A stretch of DNA of 64,000 nt, taken from the NCBI GenBank assembly GCA_964578605.1, contig CAZODO010000014.1:6102-70101 (forward strand). The letters are read 5' to 3'. The stretch is from an uncultured Verrucomicrobiota bacterium (lineage in GTDB: Bacteria; Verrucomicrobiota; Verrucomicrobiia; Limisphaerales; SIBE01). This document shows, piece after piece, positions 49,203-59,624 of the stretch. Under the pieces are notes generated by a model. That model did not search any database and was not told the DNA's origin. It saw nothing but the letters and a program-made list of their open reading frames with translations. The first letter of the stretch is position 1. Every line of letters starts with the position of its first letter. The position numbers were made by a program, and so were the translations under genes.

Positions 49203-49321
49203 AGCGCCAACCCTTGGCCTGCTTCCCTCCGTGGCATCCGGGCCATCCGCGGTGAATTAAACCGAGTTGAAGGTGCGCGAGGAGCGTTGACTTCAGAGAG
49301 CTGTTTGTTTTGCTGGGCGCC

Positions 49322-52300
49322 ATGAATTGGCCCGTTTGGGCAGGCACTCTTGGGATGTTGTGTCTGGGCGTGAAGGACGCGCGGAGTGCCGCCAGCCCTG
49401 TTGGGTCGCAGCAATTGGGGTTTCGGCTGGCGTCGGTTCAGCCGCTGGGCACAGGCAAGCCCGGTTTCACACTCCTTTCGCCTCAGGAAACGGGTGTTTG
49501 GTTTACCAACCTCCTCCAAGGCGACGCGTTCCTGACGAACGCCGTGGCCCATAACGGGTCGGGTCTGACGCTCGGCGACGTCAATGGCGACGGGTGGACG
49601 GACGTTTACTTGTGCGGATTGCAGAGTTCCAACCGGCTATTCTATAACCTCGGGAACTGGCGTTTCGGGGAGGCCGAACTGGGCGAAGCGGCCTGTGCGG
49701 GCCAGTTCTCGACCGGAGCGGCACTTGTGGATGTGGACGGGGACGTCGATCTCGATCTGCTGGTCAACGGCATCGCTGCCGGGACAAGGCTCTTCCTGAA
49801 TGATGGGCAGGGGCGTTTTAAAGAGAGCCGTGACGCGGGCCTGTCACGCACGGCATCGGCGACTTCGTTGGCCTTGGCCGATATCGATGGCGATGGGGAT
49901 CTAGACCTCTACTGCCCGCACTATATCGACATCATGCACCTGGCCGACCCGACCACCCGCTTCTCGGTCATGATGCGCAACGGCCGCTGGGTGGTGCTCA
50001 AGGTGAATGACGAACCAGCAACCTTGCCCAAGTGGAAAGACCGGTTCGAAGTGCTGCCGGGCGGGCGAGTGCGCGAGTTGCCGGAGGTGCATGGTTTTTA
50101 CCGCAACGACGGGAAAGGCCGGTTTGCGGCCATCGAATACGAAAAGGGCCTTTACAGCGATTCGGACGGCAAGCCTTTGGCCCCTGCTCGCGACTGGGGG
50201 TTGGCCGCGATGTTCCGCGACCTGAACGGGGATGGCGCTCCAGACCTCTACGTCTGCAACGATAACGCTTCGCCCGACCGGATTTGGATCAACTCAGGCC
50301 GGGGGACCTTCCGGGCGATTGGCCCGCTGGCGCTTCGGCACACCAGCCGGTCGTCTATGGGAATCGACATGGCCGACGTGAACCGGGACGGACGCGACGA
50401 CATCTTCGTTCTCGACATGATTGCCCGCGAACACCCGCGCCGAATGAGGCAATTGGTGCGAGACCATTCGCCTCCGGAAGAGTTCGAGCAGATTGCCGCC
50501 CGGCCACGGTACAATCGCAATATGCTCTTCTTGCAGCGGGCGGATGGCTCGTTCGCGGAAGTGGCGCTGATGGCCGGAGTGCCCGCCACGGGATGGTCCT
50601 GGTGCCCCGTCTTTTTGGATGTGGACCTGGATGGCTACGAGGATTTGCTCGTCAGCAACGGGTTCAGCTTCGACGTGATGGATCAGGATAGCACCGACCA
50701 AATCCGAACGCTCCGCATGCCGCGCGATCAACTCCAGCGCTCCCGCCAGAAACATCCCTCGTGGTTCACGCCCAACGCCGCCTTTCGCAACCAGGGGGAT
50801 GGGAGATTCGAACCTGCGGCGCAGGAATGGAGATTTGACCTGGTCGGAGTCTCAAACGGCATGGCCCTGGGCGACCTGGATAACGACGGCGATCTGGACA
50901 TCGTACTGAACAATTTGAATGCCGTCGCGAGTCTGTTGCGCAATGATAGCAGCGCGCCTCGCGTCGCGGTGCGTCTCAAAGGCATCGGCGGCAACACGCA
51001 GGGCATCGGCGCCCGGCTGACTTTGGTCAGCGATCATTTGACGCAGTCCCAGGAAATGATCGCAGGCGGCCGTTACATGTCGAGCGACCAGGTGATGCGA
51101 GTCTTCGCTCTGCCGGACGCCTCCTCCCGTCCGGCAAGGCTCGAAGTGCGCTGGCGCAACGGGGACCAAAGCGTCATCACAAACGTGCAGCCGAACCACC
51201 TTTACGAGATTGATCAAAGGCAGGCGTCGAAGGCGGTTCCTGCCACGAATTCTCCCCGCGAGACGCCGTTCTTCGAGGACGCGTCCGCGCTGCTCGGGCA
51301 CACGCATAAAGAAGAACCGTTCGACGACTGGTCAAGGCAACCGCTCTTGCCCCACCGGCTCAGCCGGTTCGGTCCTGGCCTGGCCTGGTGCGACCTGAAT
51401 GGGGATGGCTGGGAAGACCTGGTCATAACGAGCGGGCAAGGAGGGCGGTTGACGGCGCTGATCAATAAAAAGGGAACCCGGTTCGAATCCTTGACGAATG
51501 CCCCGTCCATCCCCGCCGGTCAGGGCGCCGTGCCGGAATTCTGGCCGATCGGCGGTTTAAATCCGGGTCCGGTGGCGCTCGCGGATGTGGATCGGGATGG
51601 GGATCTGGACGTTTTCGTTGGCGGGCGGTTCACCGCCGGACAGTATCCGACACCGGTTCCATCGGCTCTGCTCATCAACAACGATGGCACCCTTGCACCG
51701 AGCCCTCACTGGGTCGGCGCCGCCCAGTCCATCGGACTCGTTTGCGGGGCCACCTTTGCAGATCTGGACGACGATGGCTGGCCTGATCTCGCGCTCGCCG
51801 TCGATTGGGGGCCGGTGCGCGTTCTTCGCAATGAACGAGGCCGGTTCACCGACGTCACGAAGGCATGGGGATTTGCCGAAATGACCGGGCGTTGGACGAG
51901 CGTTGTGGCGGGCGATTTCGACGGCAACGGCGCGCTCGATCTGGCGGCGGGTAACTGGGGCCGGAACACGGCCCATGAGTTCTACTCTCCCGGCCCTTGG
52001 CGCCTCTTTTACGGCGACTGGAATCGTGACGGTGTGGTGGACATCATCGAGGCGGCTCAGAGTGGGACGGATTGGCTGCCGATGCGGGACAGACGAGCCC
52101 TGGCGCTGGCCTTCCCGGATTTGCCAAGCCGGTTCGCCACTCACCAGGCCTTTGGCATGGCTACGGTGAAGCAGATCCTCGGCGAAGCGTTCAAACAGAC
52201 CGCCTGGGTCGAAGCCACACGACTGGAGTCGGCGATTTTCGTCAACCGCGGGTCACGGTTCGAATTCAAGCCTTTGCCTGGCGAAGCGCAGCGGACACCG

Positions 52301-52864
52301 GTCTTTGGGATCAACGTCGCCGACTTCGACGGTGACGGGATCGAGGACCTGTTCGTGGCGCAGAACTTTTTCGGAACGGCCTCGGAACATTCGCGCGAGG
52401 ATGCAGGGATTGGCCTCTGGATGCGGGGGGACGGAAAGGGCGGGATGAAGCCGCTCGAGGGGACTGTGGCCGGTGTGACTGTCTGGGGCGAACAACGAGG
52501 AACCGCCGTCGCGGACTTCAATCACGATGGCCGGGTGGATCTGGCTGTGTCGCAGAACAACAGTGCGACCAAGCTCTTCGTTAACCGGGGCGGAAAACAG
52601 GGCTTGCGGGTCACTTTGGCGGGCCCAGTTGGGAACCCGAATGCCGTCGGGGCGCATCTCAGGCTGGTCTATTCGGGCGAGCGAATGGGGCCGGTCAGAG
52701 CCATTCAAGCCGGTTCCGGGTACCGGTCGCAAGACGCGGCAGGGCAAGTGCTGGGTCTTGCGGAACCGCCCAAGGCGCTTTGGATACGCTGGCCTGGAGG
52801 GAAAGAAGAACGTATGCCTATTGCCGCGGAGACGACTGAACTTCACCTTGCTTTCGCCCCATGA
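49322..52864 (+). CDS. CRTAC1-family protein (FG-GAP/VCBS repeats plus an ASPIC/UnbV C-terminus)
   Basis: Repeated GDVNGDGWTD, DIDGDGDLD, DLDNDGDLD and DFDGDGIED motifs. C-terminal GAHLRLVY...QAGSGYRSQD. Start set to ATG 49322. Confidence 0.8.
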   Translation: MNWPVWAGTLGMLCLGVKDARSAASPVGSQQLGFRLASVQPLGTGKPGFTLLSPQETGVWFTNLLQGDAFLTNAVAHNGSGLTLGDVNGDGWTDVYLCGLQSSNRLFYNLGNWRFGEAELGEAACAGQFSTGAALVDVDGDVDLDLLVNGIAAGTRLFLNDGQGRFKESRDAGLSRTASATSLALADIDGDGDLDLYCPHYIDIMHLADPTTRFSVMMRNGRWVVLKVNDEPATLPKWKDRFEVLPGGRVRELPEVHGFYRNDGKGRFAAIEYEKGLYSDSDGKPLAPARDWGLAAMFRDLNGDGAPDLYVCNDNASPDRIWINSGRGTFRAIGPLALRHTSRSSMGIDMADVNRDGRDDIFVLDMIAREHPRRMRQLVRDHSPPEEFEQIAARPRYNRNMLFLQRADGSFAEVALMAGVPATGWSWCPVFLDVDLDGYEDLLVSNGFSFDVMDQDSTDQIRTLRMPRDQLQRSRQKHPSWFTPNAAFRNQGDGRFEPAAQEWRFDLVGVSNGMALGDLDNDGDLDIVLNNLNAVASLLRNDSSAPRVAVRLKGIGGNTQGIGARLTLVSDHLTQSQEMIAGGRYMSSDQVMRVFALPDASSRPARLEVRWRNGDQSVITNVQPNHLYEIDQRQASKAVPATNSPRETPFFEDASALLGHTHKEEPFDDWSRQPLLPHRLSRFGPGLAWCDLNGDGWEDLVITSGQGGRLTALINKKGTRFESLTNAPSIPAGQGAVPEFWPIGGLNPGPVALADVDRDGDLDVFVGGRFTAGQYPTPVPSALLINNDGTLAPSPHWVGAAQSIGLVCGATFADLDDDGWPDLALAVDWGPVRVLRNERGRFTDVTKAWGFAEMTGRWTSVVAGDFDGNGALDLAAGNWGRNTAHEFYSPGPWRLFYGDWNRDGVVDIIEAAQSGTDWLPMRDRRALALAFPDLPSRFATHQAFGMATVKQILGEAFKQTAWVEATRLESAIFVNRGSRFEFKPLPGEAQRTPVFGINVADFDGDGIEDLFVAQNFFGTASEHSREDAGIGLWMRGDGKGGMKPLEGTVAGVTVWGEQRGTAVADFNHDGRVDLAVSQNNSATKLFVNRGGKQGLRVTLAGPVGNPNAVGAHLRLVYSGERMGPVRAIQAGSGYRSQDAAGQVLGLAEPPKALWIRWPGGKEERMPIAAETTELHLAFAP

Positions 52865-53622
52865 ACTTCTTTGCCATGCTCGCGGGAAGCGCCCTGATAT
52901 CGCTGGCCCTGTTTGAGGCTGGCTGCAGTCGCCAACCACCCGCGGTGCAACTGACGCCTCTCACAAACATGGTGCCGATCAAAGCCGGGAGTTTCCGTCG
53001 GGGGAACCACACGGTGACTTTGACTCGGGACTTCTGGCTGGGCCGACACGAGGTCACCCAAGCGGAGTACCTGGCTGTCGCAGGCTCCAATCCGAGCCGG
53101 TTTACCAATGATCTCGCACGCCCGGTCGAAAGGGTGCGTTTCACGGAAGCCTCTGCATTCTGCGCGGCGCTCACCGAGCGCGAGCGCCAGGCAAGGCGAC
53201 TGCCGCCGAATTTCGAGTACCGCCTGCCCACGGAAGCAGAATGGGAATACGCCTGCCGAGCGGGCACGACGAATTGGTACAGCTTCGGCGACGACATTGC
53301 CGTCGCGGACCAGTACGCCTGGACCCTGGAAAACAGCGACGGGACAAGCCATCCCGCCGGTCAGAAACGCCCCAACCCGTGGGGCCTCCAGGACATGCAC
53401 GGGAACGTCTGGGAGTGGTGTTCGGACTGGTTCGTTCCGTTTCCTTCTGCGGATGCGAGCGACCCGGTCGGCCCTCCGAATGGGAAGTTCAAAGTCTTCC
53501 GCGGCGGCGGCTGGAATAATCCGATCGAAATGGCACGCGCGGCCAACCGTTTCATGATGGTCCCCACGAATGGAATTCACTTCGTCGGCTTCCGCCTCGC
53601 CTTGGGGCAAAGAGCGCCCTAG
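52861..53622 (+). CDS. Lipoprotein with a formylglycine-generating-enzyme (SUMF1/EgtB/PvdO) domain
   Basis: Lipobox LFEAGCS. HEVTQAEY, RLPTEAEWEYACRAG, NPWGLQDMHGNVWEWCSDWF and FRGGGW. ATGA overlap with the preceding gene. Confidence 0.85.
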   Translation: MNFFAMLAGSALISLALFEAGCSRQPPAVQLTPLTNMVPIKAGSFRRGNHTVTLTRDFWLGRHEVTQAEYLAVAGSNPSRFTNDLARPVERVRFTEASAFCAALTERERQARRLPPNFEYRLPTEAEWEYACRAGTTNWYSFGDDIAVADQYAWTLENSDGTSHPAGQKRPNPWGLQDMHGNVWEWCSDWFVPFPSADASDPVGPPNGKFKVFRGGGWNNPIEMARAANRFMMVPTNGIHFVGFRLALGQRAP

Positions 53623-53687
53623 GCGCCGCCGCCTCCATAAATATTGGATTGATCGTGGGAAGGGGTCGGGTTCATTTTCGAAGGGCT

Positions 53688-54554
53688 ATGCTTCTTGTCC
53701 GAACGGTCGGAGCCATGCGGGTACTATCGAAACGTTGGCGTCTGTTGGGCGCGCGCATCGGCTTCGTGCCAACCATGGGGGCGCTGCATGCGGGGCACGT
53801 CAGCTTGATCCGGCACGCAAGGCGCCTCGTCGGCAATAAGGGAAGGGTCGTAGTCAGTATCTACGTGAACCCGGTCCAGTTCGGGCCCAACGAAGATTTC
53901 AAGCGGTATCCGCGCGATCTCGAGGGGGATTCTCGCCAATGCCGGGCCGCGGGGGTGGACGCCATCTTTGCGCCGTCGGATGCGCAGATGTATCCCGCAA
54001 GGTCCGGAGGATCATTCAGCACCTGCGTCGTGGAGGAGAAGCTCTCAACGGTCATGGAAGGCGGCTCGCGCCCGACCCATTTTCGCGGCGTTACGACAGT
54101 CGTCGCGAAGCTTTTCAACATTGTCGAACCAGACGTGGCCGTGTTTGGGGCCAAGGATTATCAGCAGGCGGCTGTTGTGAAACGCATGGCTCACGACCTG
54201 AACTTCCGCGTGAAGATCGCGGTGGCGCCGACGCTCCGCGAACCTGACGGCTTGGCGATGAGTTCGAGGAACCGCTATTTGGCCCCGGAAGAACGTTCCC
54301 AGGCCCTTGCCCTATGGCAGGCCCTTCAGCTGGCTCGCCGACGTGTTCGTTCTTCGCGGACCGGTCTAAGAGCAGACGCCCTGCAAACCGAACTCGCGGC
54401 CTTTATCAGCGGCCACCCGTCGGCTCGGGTAGATTACATCATTGTATTTGACCCGCGGACGCTGGAACCTGTCCAGGTTGCCCAGCGCGGCACGCACCTC
54501 GCCCTTGCTGTGTGGATCGGAAAGACACGCCTGATAGACAATGCGAGGCTGTGA
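53688..54554 (+). CDS. panC: Pantoate--beta-alanine ligase
   Basis: GFVPTMGALHAGHVSLI, FVNPxQF-type block (YVNPVQFGPNEDF) and GAKDYQQ. Confidence 0.9.
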   Translation: MLLVRTVGAMRVLSKRWRLLGARIGFVPTMGALHAGHVSLIRHARRLVGNKGRVVVSIYVNPVQFGPNEDFKRYPRDLEGDSRQCRAAGVDAIFAPSDAQMYPARSGGSFSTCVVEEKLSTVMEGGSRPTHFRGVTTVVAKLFNIVEPDVAVFGAKDYQQAAVVKRMAHDLNFRVKIAVAPTLREPDGLAMSSRNRYLAPEERSQALALWQALQLARRRVRSSRTGLRADALQTELAAFISGHPSARVDYIIVFDPRTLEPVQVAQRGTHLALAVWIGKTRLIDNARL

Positions 54555-54581
54555 AGCCAGGGCTGCAAACTCGGAAGCTTT

Positions 54582-56195
54582 ATGTCCAGTAGCGCTAAAC
54601 AGTTCGATTTCATCGTGATCGGCAGCGGTGTGGCCGGTCTCACCTTTGCGCTCCAAACCGCTTCGCGTGGGCGCGTCGCCATTATCACCAAGAAAGACCG
54701 GGCCGAATCGAACACGAACTACGCCCAAGGTGGCATCGCATCGGTGACGTCGAAGGAAGACACCTTCCAGATGCACGTCCTGGACACGCTTACCGCCGGC
54801 GCCGGTCTGTGCAAGGAAGAGGTGGTGCGCACCATTGTGGAACAAGGGCCCGAGCGCATCGCCGAATTGATCGACCTGGGGATGAAGTTTACGGAGCGTG
54901 AAGTGCCAGCGCCGGCAGGAGGCCGCGAGTTGGATCTCGGCCGAGAAGGGGGGCACTCGAAACGTCGTATCCTCCACGCGCAAGACATTACCGGCCGGGA
55001 AGTGGAGCGGGCGCTATTGAACGCTATTGCGGAGCAGCCGAGCATCGAGGTGTTCGAGAACCACAACGCGATCGATCTGATCACGACCCAGAAACTCGGC
55101 CGTTCCGGGGTGAACCGCTGCGTGGGCGTGTACGTGCTCGACAAGCTCCGCCAGCAGGTTGAGACCTTTTCCGCGCCTTGTGTCATCCTTGCCACGGGCG
55201 GCTGTGGGAAGGTTTACCTCTATACGACAAACCCGGATATTGCGGCCGGGGACGGTGTTGCCATGGCCTATCGGGCCGGCGCCGCGGTTGCGAACATGGA
55301 ATTTATCCAGTTTCACCCCACGTGCTTGTATCATCCCCGCGCGAAATCCTTCCTGATCAGTGAAGCGGTCAGGGGCGAAGGCGCCATCCTCAAGACGGTC
55401 GAGGGCCACGAGTTCATGGATGCGTATCACCCGTTGAAATCACTGGCGCCTCGAGACGTGGTGGCGCGAGCGATCGACAGCGAAATGAAACGCAGCGGTG
55501 CGGATCATGTGGCCCTGGACATCACGCACAAGCCGGCCCGGTTCATCATTGATCGCTTTCCGAATATTTATGCCACCTGCCTGGGGTACGGCATCGACAT
55601 CACCAAGGAACCGATCCCCGTCGTCCCAGCCGCCCATTACCAATGCGGGGGCGTCCTTACCAGCGTGGACGGTCAGACCGAGATCGCCGGTCTCTATGCC
55701 GTGGGCGAGGTGGCCTGCACCGGTCTTCACGGAGCCAACCTCCTGGCCAGCAATTCGCTCCTGGAAGCCCTGGTTTGTTCGCATCTCGCCGCTCAACACG
55801 CCATTGCCACGAAAGCCGGGCCGCCAGAGAAGAACCTGCCGGAATGGCATTCAGGCGATGCTTCGAACCCGGACGAACTGGTGGTCGTGTCGCATAACTG
55901 GGACGAAATCCGGCGCCTCATGTGGGATTATGTGGGGATTGTGCGCACGAATCGGCGGCTGCAGCGCGCCCGGAAGCGCATCGCCAATCTCCAGGCCGAA
56001 ATCCACGAGTATTACTGGGATTTTGTGGTTACCAGCGATCTTCTTGAGCTCCGCAACATCGCCACCGTCGCCGAATTGATCGTGGAATGTGCCCTGATTC
56101 GACCGGAAAGCCGCGGGTTGCACTACAACCTCGATTACCCGGACCAAGACGAAGCCTGGGGCCGGCGCGACACCATCCTGCGGCGGGGTTCGTGA
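54582..56195 (+). CDS. nadB: L-aspartate oxidase
   Basis: FDFIVIGSGVAGL (FAD), NYAQGGIA, FIQFHPT and HGANLLASNSLLE. Confidence 0.9.
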   Translation: MSSSAKQFDFIVIGSGVAGLTFALQTASRGRVAIITKKDRAESNTNYAQGGIASVTSKEDTFQMHVLDTLTAGAGLCKEEVVRTIVEQGPERIAELIDLGMKFTEREVPAPAGGRELDLGREGGHSKRRILHAQDITGREVERALLNAIAEQPSIEVFENHNAIDLITTQKLGRSGVNRCVGVYVLDKLRQQVETFSAPCVILATGGCGKVYLYTTNPDIAAGDGVAMAYRAGAAVANMEFIQFHPTCLYHPRAKSFLISEAVRGEGAILKTVEGHEFMDAYHPLKSLAPRDVVARAIDSEMKRSGADHVALDITHKPARFIIDRFPNIYATCLGYGIDITKEPIPVVPAAHYQCGGVLTSVDGQTEIAGLYAVGEVACTGLHGANLLASNSLLEALVCSHLAAQHAIATKAGPPEKNLPEWHSGDASNPDELVVVSHNWDEIRRLMWDYVGIVRTNRRLQRARKRIANLQAEIHEYYWDFVVTSDLLELRNIATVAELIVECALIRPESRGLHYNLDYPDQDEAWGRRDTILRRGS

Positions 56196-56220
56196 GCCTG
56201 TCGCGCTTCGGCCAGGGCGC

Positions 56221-57399
56221 CTATCGGTCGACCTCGCCCAACACAATGTCGATGCTGCCGAGGATGATCACCACGTCGGCCACGGTGTGGCCCAGGCACA
56301 TGTCCTCCAGGACGGTCAGGTTGATCAAGCTGGGAGGGCGCACCCGGTAGCGATACGGATTAGGCGACCCGTCGCTGACGACGTAGAAACCTAGTTCGCC
56401 TTTCGGCGACTCAATCCGCCCGTAAGCTTCCCCAACCTTCGGCCGGAAGCCGCGGATCTTGGTCTTGGGATCGAGAACCGGGCCGGGGGGGATTCCGCGA
56501 AGGGCCTGGTCGAGAATTTTGACCGACTCGCGCATCTCAAGCAGGCGCACCATGTACCGGTCGTAGACATCGCCATGTTCGCCTAACGGCACACGGAACG
56601 GAAAGCGTTCGTAAATGCCGTATCGATCCACCTTCCGAATATCGTAATTGACGCCACTGGCGCGCAACATGGGGCCGGTAATGCCCGCATTCGTGGCTAA
56701 TTCGGCGGAAAGCTTGCCCACGTGCTGCGTGCGGGCCATCAGGATCTCGTTCTCCGCCAGCAACCGTTCAAACTCGTCCAGGAACACCGGAAATTCCGCC
56801 GCCAAACGCTGCGCCGCCTCAATCCAGCCGGGCGGGAGGTCGCATCGGCATCCCCCAAAACGCATGTAATTGCACATCATGCGCGCGCCGGTCAGTGCTT
56901 CAAAAAGGTCCAGGATCTTCTCCCGCTCGCGAAAGGCATACATGAGCGGGGTGCCGGAAGCGCCCATATCCTGCAGCAGAAACCCGATCAGGCAGGCGTG
57001 GTTGAGCAGGCGTGTCAGTTCGGCCGTGATCACGCGGAGGTACTCCGCTCGTTCCGGAACCTGAAACCCGGCCAGCTTTTCCACCGTCAACGCGTACGCC
57101 CAATTGTTCGTCAGCGAACAGAAGTAATCCAGGCGGTCCGTATAAGGCATGGACGCCAGGTAAGTGGTCTTTTCGGCGATCTTTTCGTGGTTGCGATGCA
57201 AGTAGCCGAAGACCGGTTTCAGCTTAACGACCCGCTCGCCGTCCAGGGCAACGTCCATCCGGAAAACGCCGTGGGTGGACGGATGCTGCGGCCCCATCGA
57301 AACTTCGAACAAGCCATCCTGGCCGTCTCCCGACGACAGGACAGCCGCCGCAGGCGCGCTGCCTGGTCTCTGAACGTCTTCCTCGACGGGACGAGTCAC
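56221..57399 (-). CDS. nuoD: NADH-quinone oxidoreductase subunit D
   Basis: [13 protein letters not shown]...; C-terminal [13 protein letters not shown] start overlapping the nuoC stop. Confidence 0.9.
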   Translation of the reverse strand: MTRPVEEDVQRPGSAPAAAVLSSGDGQDGLFEVSMGPQHPSTHGVFRMDVALDGERVVKLKPVFGYLHRNHEKIAEKTTYLASMPYTDRLDYFCSLTNNWAYALTVEKLAGFQVPERAEYLRVITAELTRLLNHACLIGFLLQDMGASGTPLMYAFREREKILDLFEALTGARMMCNYMRFGGCRCDLPPGWIEAAQRLAAEFPVFLDEFERLLAENEILMARTQHVGKLSAELATNAGITGPMLRASGVNYDIRKVDRYGIYERFPFRVPLGEHGDVYDRYMVRLLEMRESVKILDQALRGIPPGPVLDPKTKIRGFRPKVGEAYGRIESPKGELGFYVVSDGSPNPYRYRVRPPSLINLTVLEDMCLGHTVADVVIILGSIDIVLGEVDR

Positions 57400-58031
57400 G
57401 GTTTCACCCCCTTCGGCCAGTGTTGCCTGGCGCGTTTCAGCACCTGGTCATGCGGGGTCGGTTCCCATTCGTAATCGTCCGGCTCGACATAATCCTTCCG
57501 CATCGGATGATCCTCGAACCCTTCCCACATCAAAAGGCGGCGCAGGTCGGGGTGTCCGTCGAAAACGATGCCGAACAGGTCGAAGATCTCGCGTTCCTGC
57601 AAGTCGGCGCTCCGCCAGACGGGGGTCAATGAGGGCAGATGCATGTCGCTGTCCCGGTCGGCGGTGCGCATGCGGATGACCAGGGGGCCATGTTTTTTCG
57701 CCATGGAATAAAGGTGGTAAACAGCTTCCAGGCAGGCAGGTCTCCGGCGCTCAACCGTTTGTTCCACCTCTTTCTCCACGCCGTCGACCCGCACCCGGAG
57801 GCGGACCTTTTCCTGGTAAACCAACTCCGGCCAATCGAGCCCCGTCACGTTGGACGCGTAATCGAAGCACAAATCCGGAGCGTCATGAAGGAACCGGGCC
57901 ACGGCCAGCGCGTGCTCTCGGCTGAGCAGGAGCGAGCGCTGGCCCGAGGGGGCGTCATTCGGCACCAAATCAACGCGCGCGGCTGGAAGAGCGGCTTCGA
58001 TCTGCGCTTTGATCTCCTCGAGCGTGCCCAT
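57396..58031 (-). CDS. nuoC: NADH-quinone oxidoreductase subunit C
   Basis: ...[30 protein letters not shown]... Confidence 0.85.
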   Translation of the reverse strand: MGTLEEIKAQIEAALPAARVDLVPNDAPSGQRSLLLSREHALAVARFLHDAPDLCFDYASNVTGLDWPELVYQEKVRLRVRVDGVEKEVEQTVERRRPACLEAVYHLYSMAKKHGPLVIRMRTADRDSDMHLPSLTPVWRSADLQEREIFDLFGIVFDGHPDLRRLLMWEGFEDHPMRKDYVEPDDYEWEPTPHDQVLKRARQHWPKGVKP

Positions 58032-58669
58032 TACGCAACCTCCTCGCGCACGAGCACCGGCGGTTTCCAGATGCCATCGTGCCTGGGCGGGTCCAGGTCA
58101 TGGGCTCCGAACTGGGGCACAGGAAATTCGCTGGGCGCCTCTGCCACAAAATGCCGCGCGCGGCCGGGGCCGAAGAGTTTCTGTTCGTCGATGCGCTTCT
58201 GGAGGGTCATGAACGCGTGGATGAGCGCTTCCGGCCGTGGTGGGCACCCGGGAATATGGACATCCACCGGGATAAAGCGATCGATGCCTTTCAGAACGTT
58301 ATAGCCCTGTTTGAATGGGCCGCCCGAAATCGCGCAAGCGCCCATGGCGATGACGTATTTGGGCTCGGGCATCTGGTTGTAAAGGCGCACCACTTGCGGC
58401 GCCATCTTCTTCGTGACGGTCCCCGCCACAATCATCAGGTCCGCCTGGCGCGGCGAGGGCCGAAAGACCTCGGCGCCAAACCGGGCGAGATCAAATCGGG
58501 CCATGGAAGCTGCGATCATCTCGATAGCGCAGCAGGCGAGGCCAAAGGACAGGGGCCAAACGGAGTTCTTGCGTCCCCAGTTGAACAACTCTTCCAGGGT
58601 TGTCGTGACAATCCCGTGCTTGCTGAGTTCGCTGCGGAGTTCTTCGTCCATAACTACCTGGGCGGCCAT
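58031..58669 (-). CDS. nuoB: NADH-quinone oxidoreductase subunit B
   Basis: [16 protein letters not shown], ...[10 protein letters not shown]... and GCPPRPE. The start is uncertain (ATG 58669 or 58651; the track start is GTG 58717). Confidence 0.9.
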   Translation of the reverse strand: MAAQVVMDEELRSELSKHGIVTTTLEELFNWGRKNSVWPLSFGLACCAIEMIAASMARFDLARFGAEVFRPSPRQADLMIVAGTVTKKMAPQVVRLYNQMPEPKYVIAMGACAISGGPFKQGYNVLKGIDRFIPVDVHIPGCPPRPEALIHAFMTLQKRIDEQKLFGPGRARHFVAEAPSEFPVPQFGAHDLDPPRHDGIWKPPVLVREEVA

Positions 58670-58697
58670 GGCCCGCGCACAGGCCAAGCGCGCGCCG

Positions 58698-59093
58698 TCA
58701 TTTCCACGTGAGAACACCCTTGTTCCATGCCCATATCAACCCCTCCACGAGCAGGAGGAGGAAGACCATCATCGCGATAAAGGCGCCAGCGGAAAGGCTG
58801 GTGAACGCCACCGCAAAGGGCAGGAGGAAGATCGTCTCCACATCAAAGATCAGGAAGATGATCCCATACAGATAATACTCCGGCCTGAACAATCCCCAGC
58901 CTTCCCCCTTCGATTCCAGGCCGCACTCGTAGATCGCATTCTTTTCGAGGCCGGGCTTCTTGGGTGAGAAAAACCGCGCCCAGAGCCAAGCCAAAACCAG
59001 GGGACCCACCGCAAAGAGCGCCGCCGCTACGGCGAAAAGCGCGAGGAAAAGGTAAGGGCTGTAAGTCGCTGGCATTGGAACAGGCCGGCTCAT
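58698..59093 (-). CDS. nuoA: NADH-quinone oxidoreductase subunit A
   Basis: ...[10 protein letters not shown]...[15 protein letters not shown]... Confidence 0.85.
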   Translation of the reverse strand: MSRPVPMPATYSPYLFLALFAVAAALFAVGPLVLAWLWARFFSPKKPGLEKNAIYECGLESKGEGWGLFRPEYYLYGIIFLIFDVETIFLLPFAVAFTSLSAGAFIAMMVFLLLLVEGLIWAWNKGVLTWK

Positions 59094-59132
59094 TCCCGGC
59101 TTTCAGGTGCGGACGGGCTTGCACCGGCGCGA

Positions 59133-59408
59133 TCAGTTTCGCTGCGGCTCGGGCCGTTGCAAGCCGACAGAATGGGCGATATCCTCAAACTCTTCGCGGC
59201 TTACCTCTTCCAGCGCTTTGCGTTTGGCCGCGAGCTTCTCGTTGATCTTGATGACCTTTTCGGTCATGACCTCATGCGTTTCCTGGGTCCCGCCAACCAA
59301 AGCGAAATTCGGGCCAGTCGTGATTCGTTTGTGCCCGTCCGAATCAAGACCCACCCCCAGGAGAATCGCTTTTCGACGTTTGTTCTTCTGGCCAGAAGAG
59401 TTCGGCAT
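59133..59408 (-). CDS. Small conserved-looking hypothetical protein immediately upstream of nuoA
   Basis: 91 aa. Basic N-terminus, then GVGLDSDGHKRITTGPNFALVGGTQETHEVMTEKVIKINEKL. Same strand as nuoA and 39 bp upstream of it. Confidence 0.45.
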   Translation of the reverse strand: MPNSSGQKNKRRKAILLGVGLDSDGHKRITTGPNFALVGGTQETHEVMTEKVIKINEKLAAKRKALEEVSREEFEDIAHSVGLQRPEPQRN

Positions 59409-59624
59409 GCCAGCAACCTAAGGAATGAGTTCCCCATGGTCAAGCTTGGCAGGGGGCGCGGCTTCCCGGAGACGTTGTCACGCACTTTATCCAGCACTTT
59501 GTCCTGAAACGAAGTGGAAGACGCGGTGCGGGACGAAGGGCGTGTGAACGACCGGTCTCAAAGGGCCAGCCCTGCCTTTCCTGGCTCGCCATAGGGCGTG
59601 AAGGTCCTCATATTTCTGGAGCCG

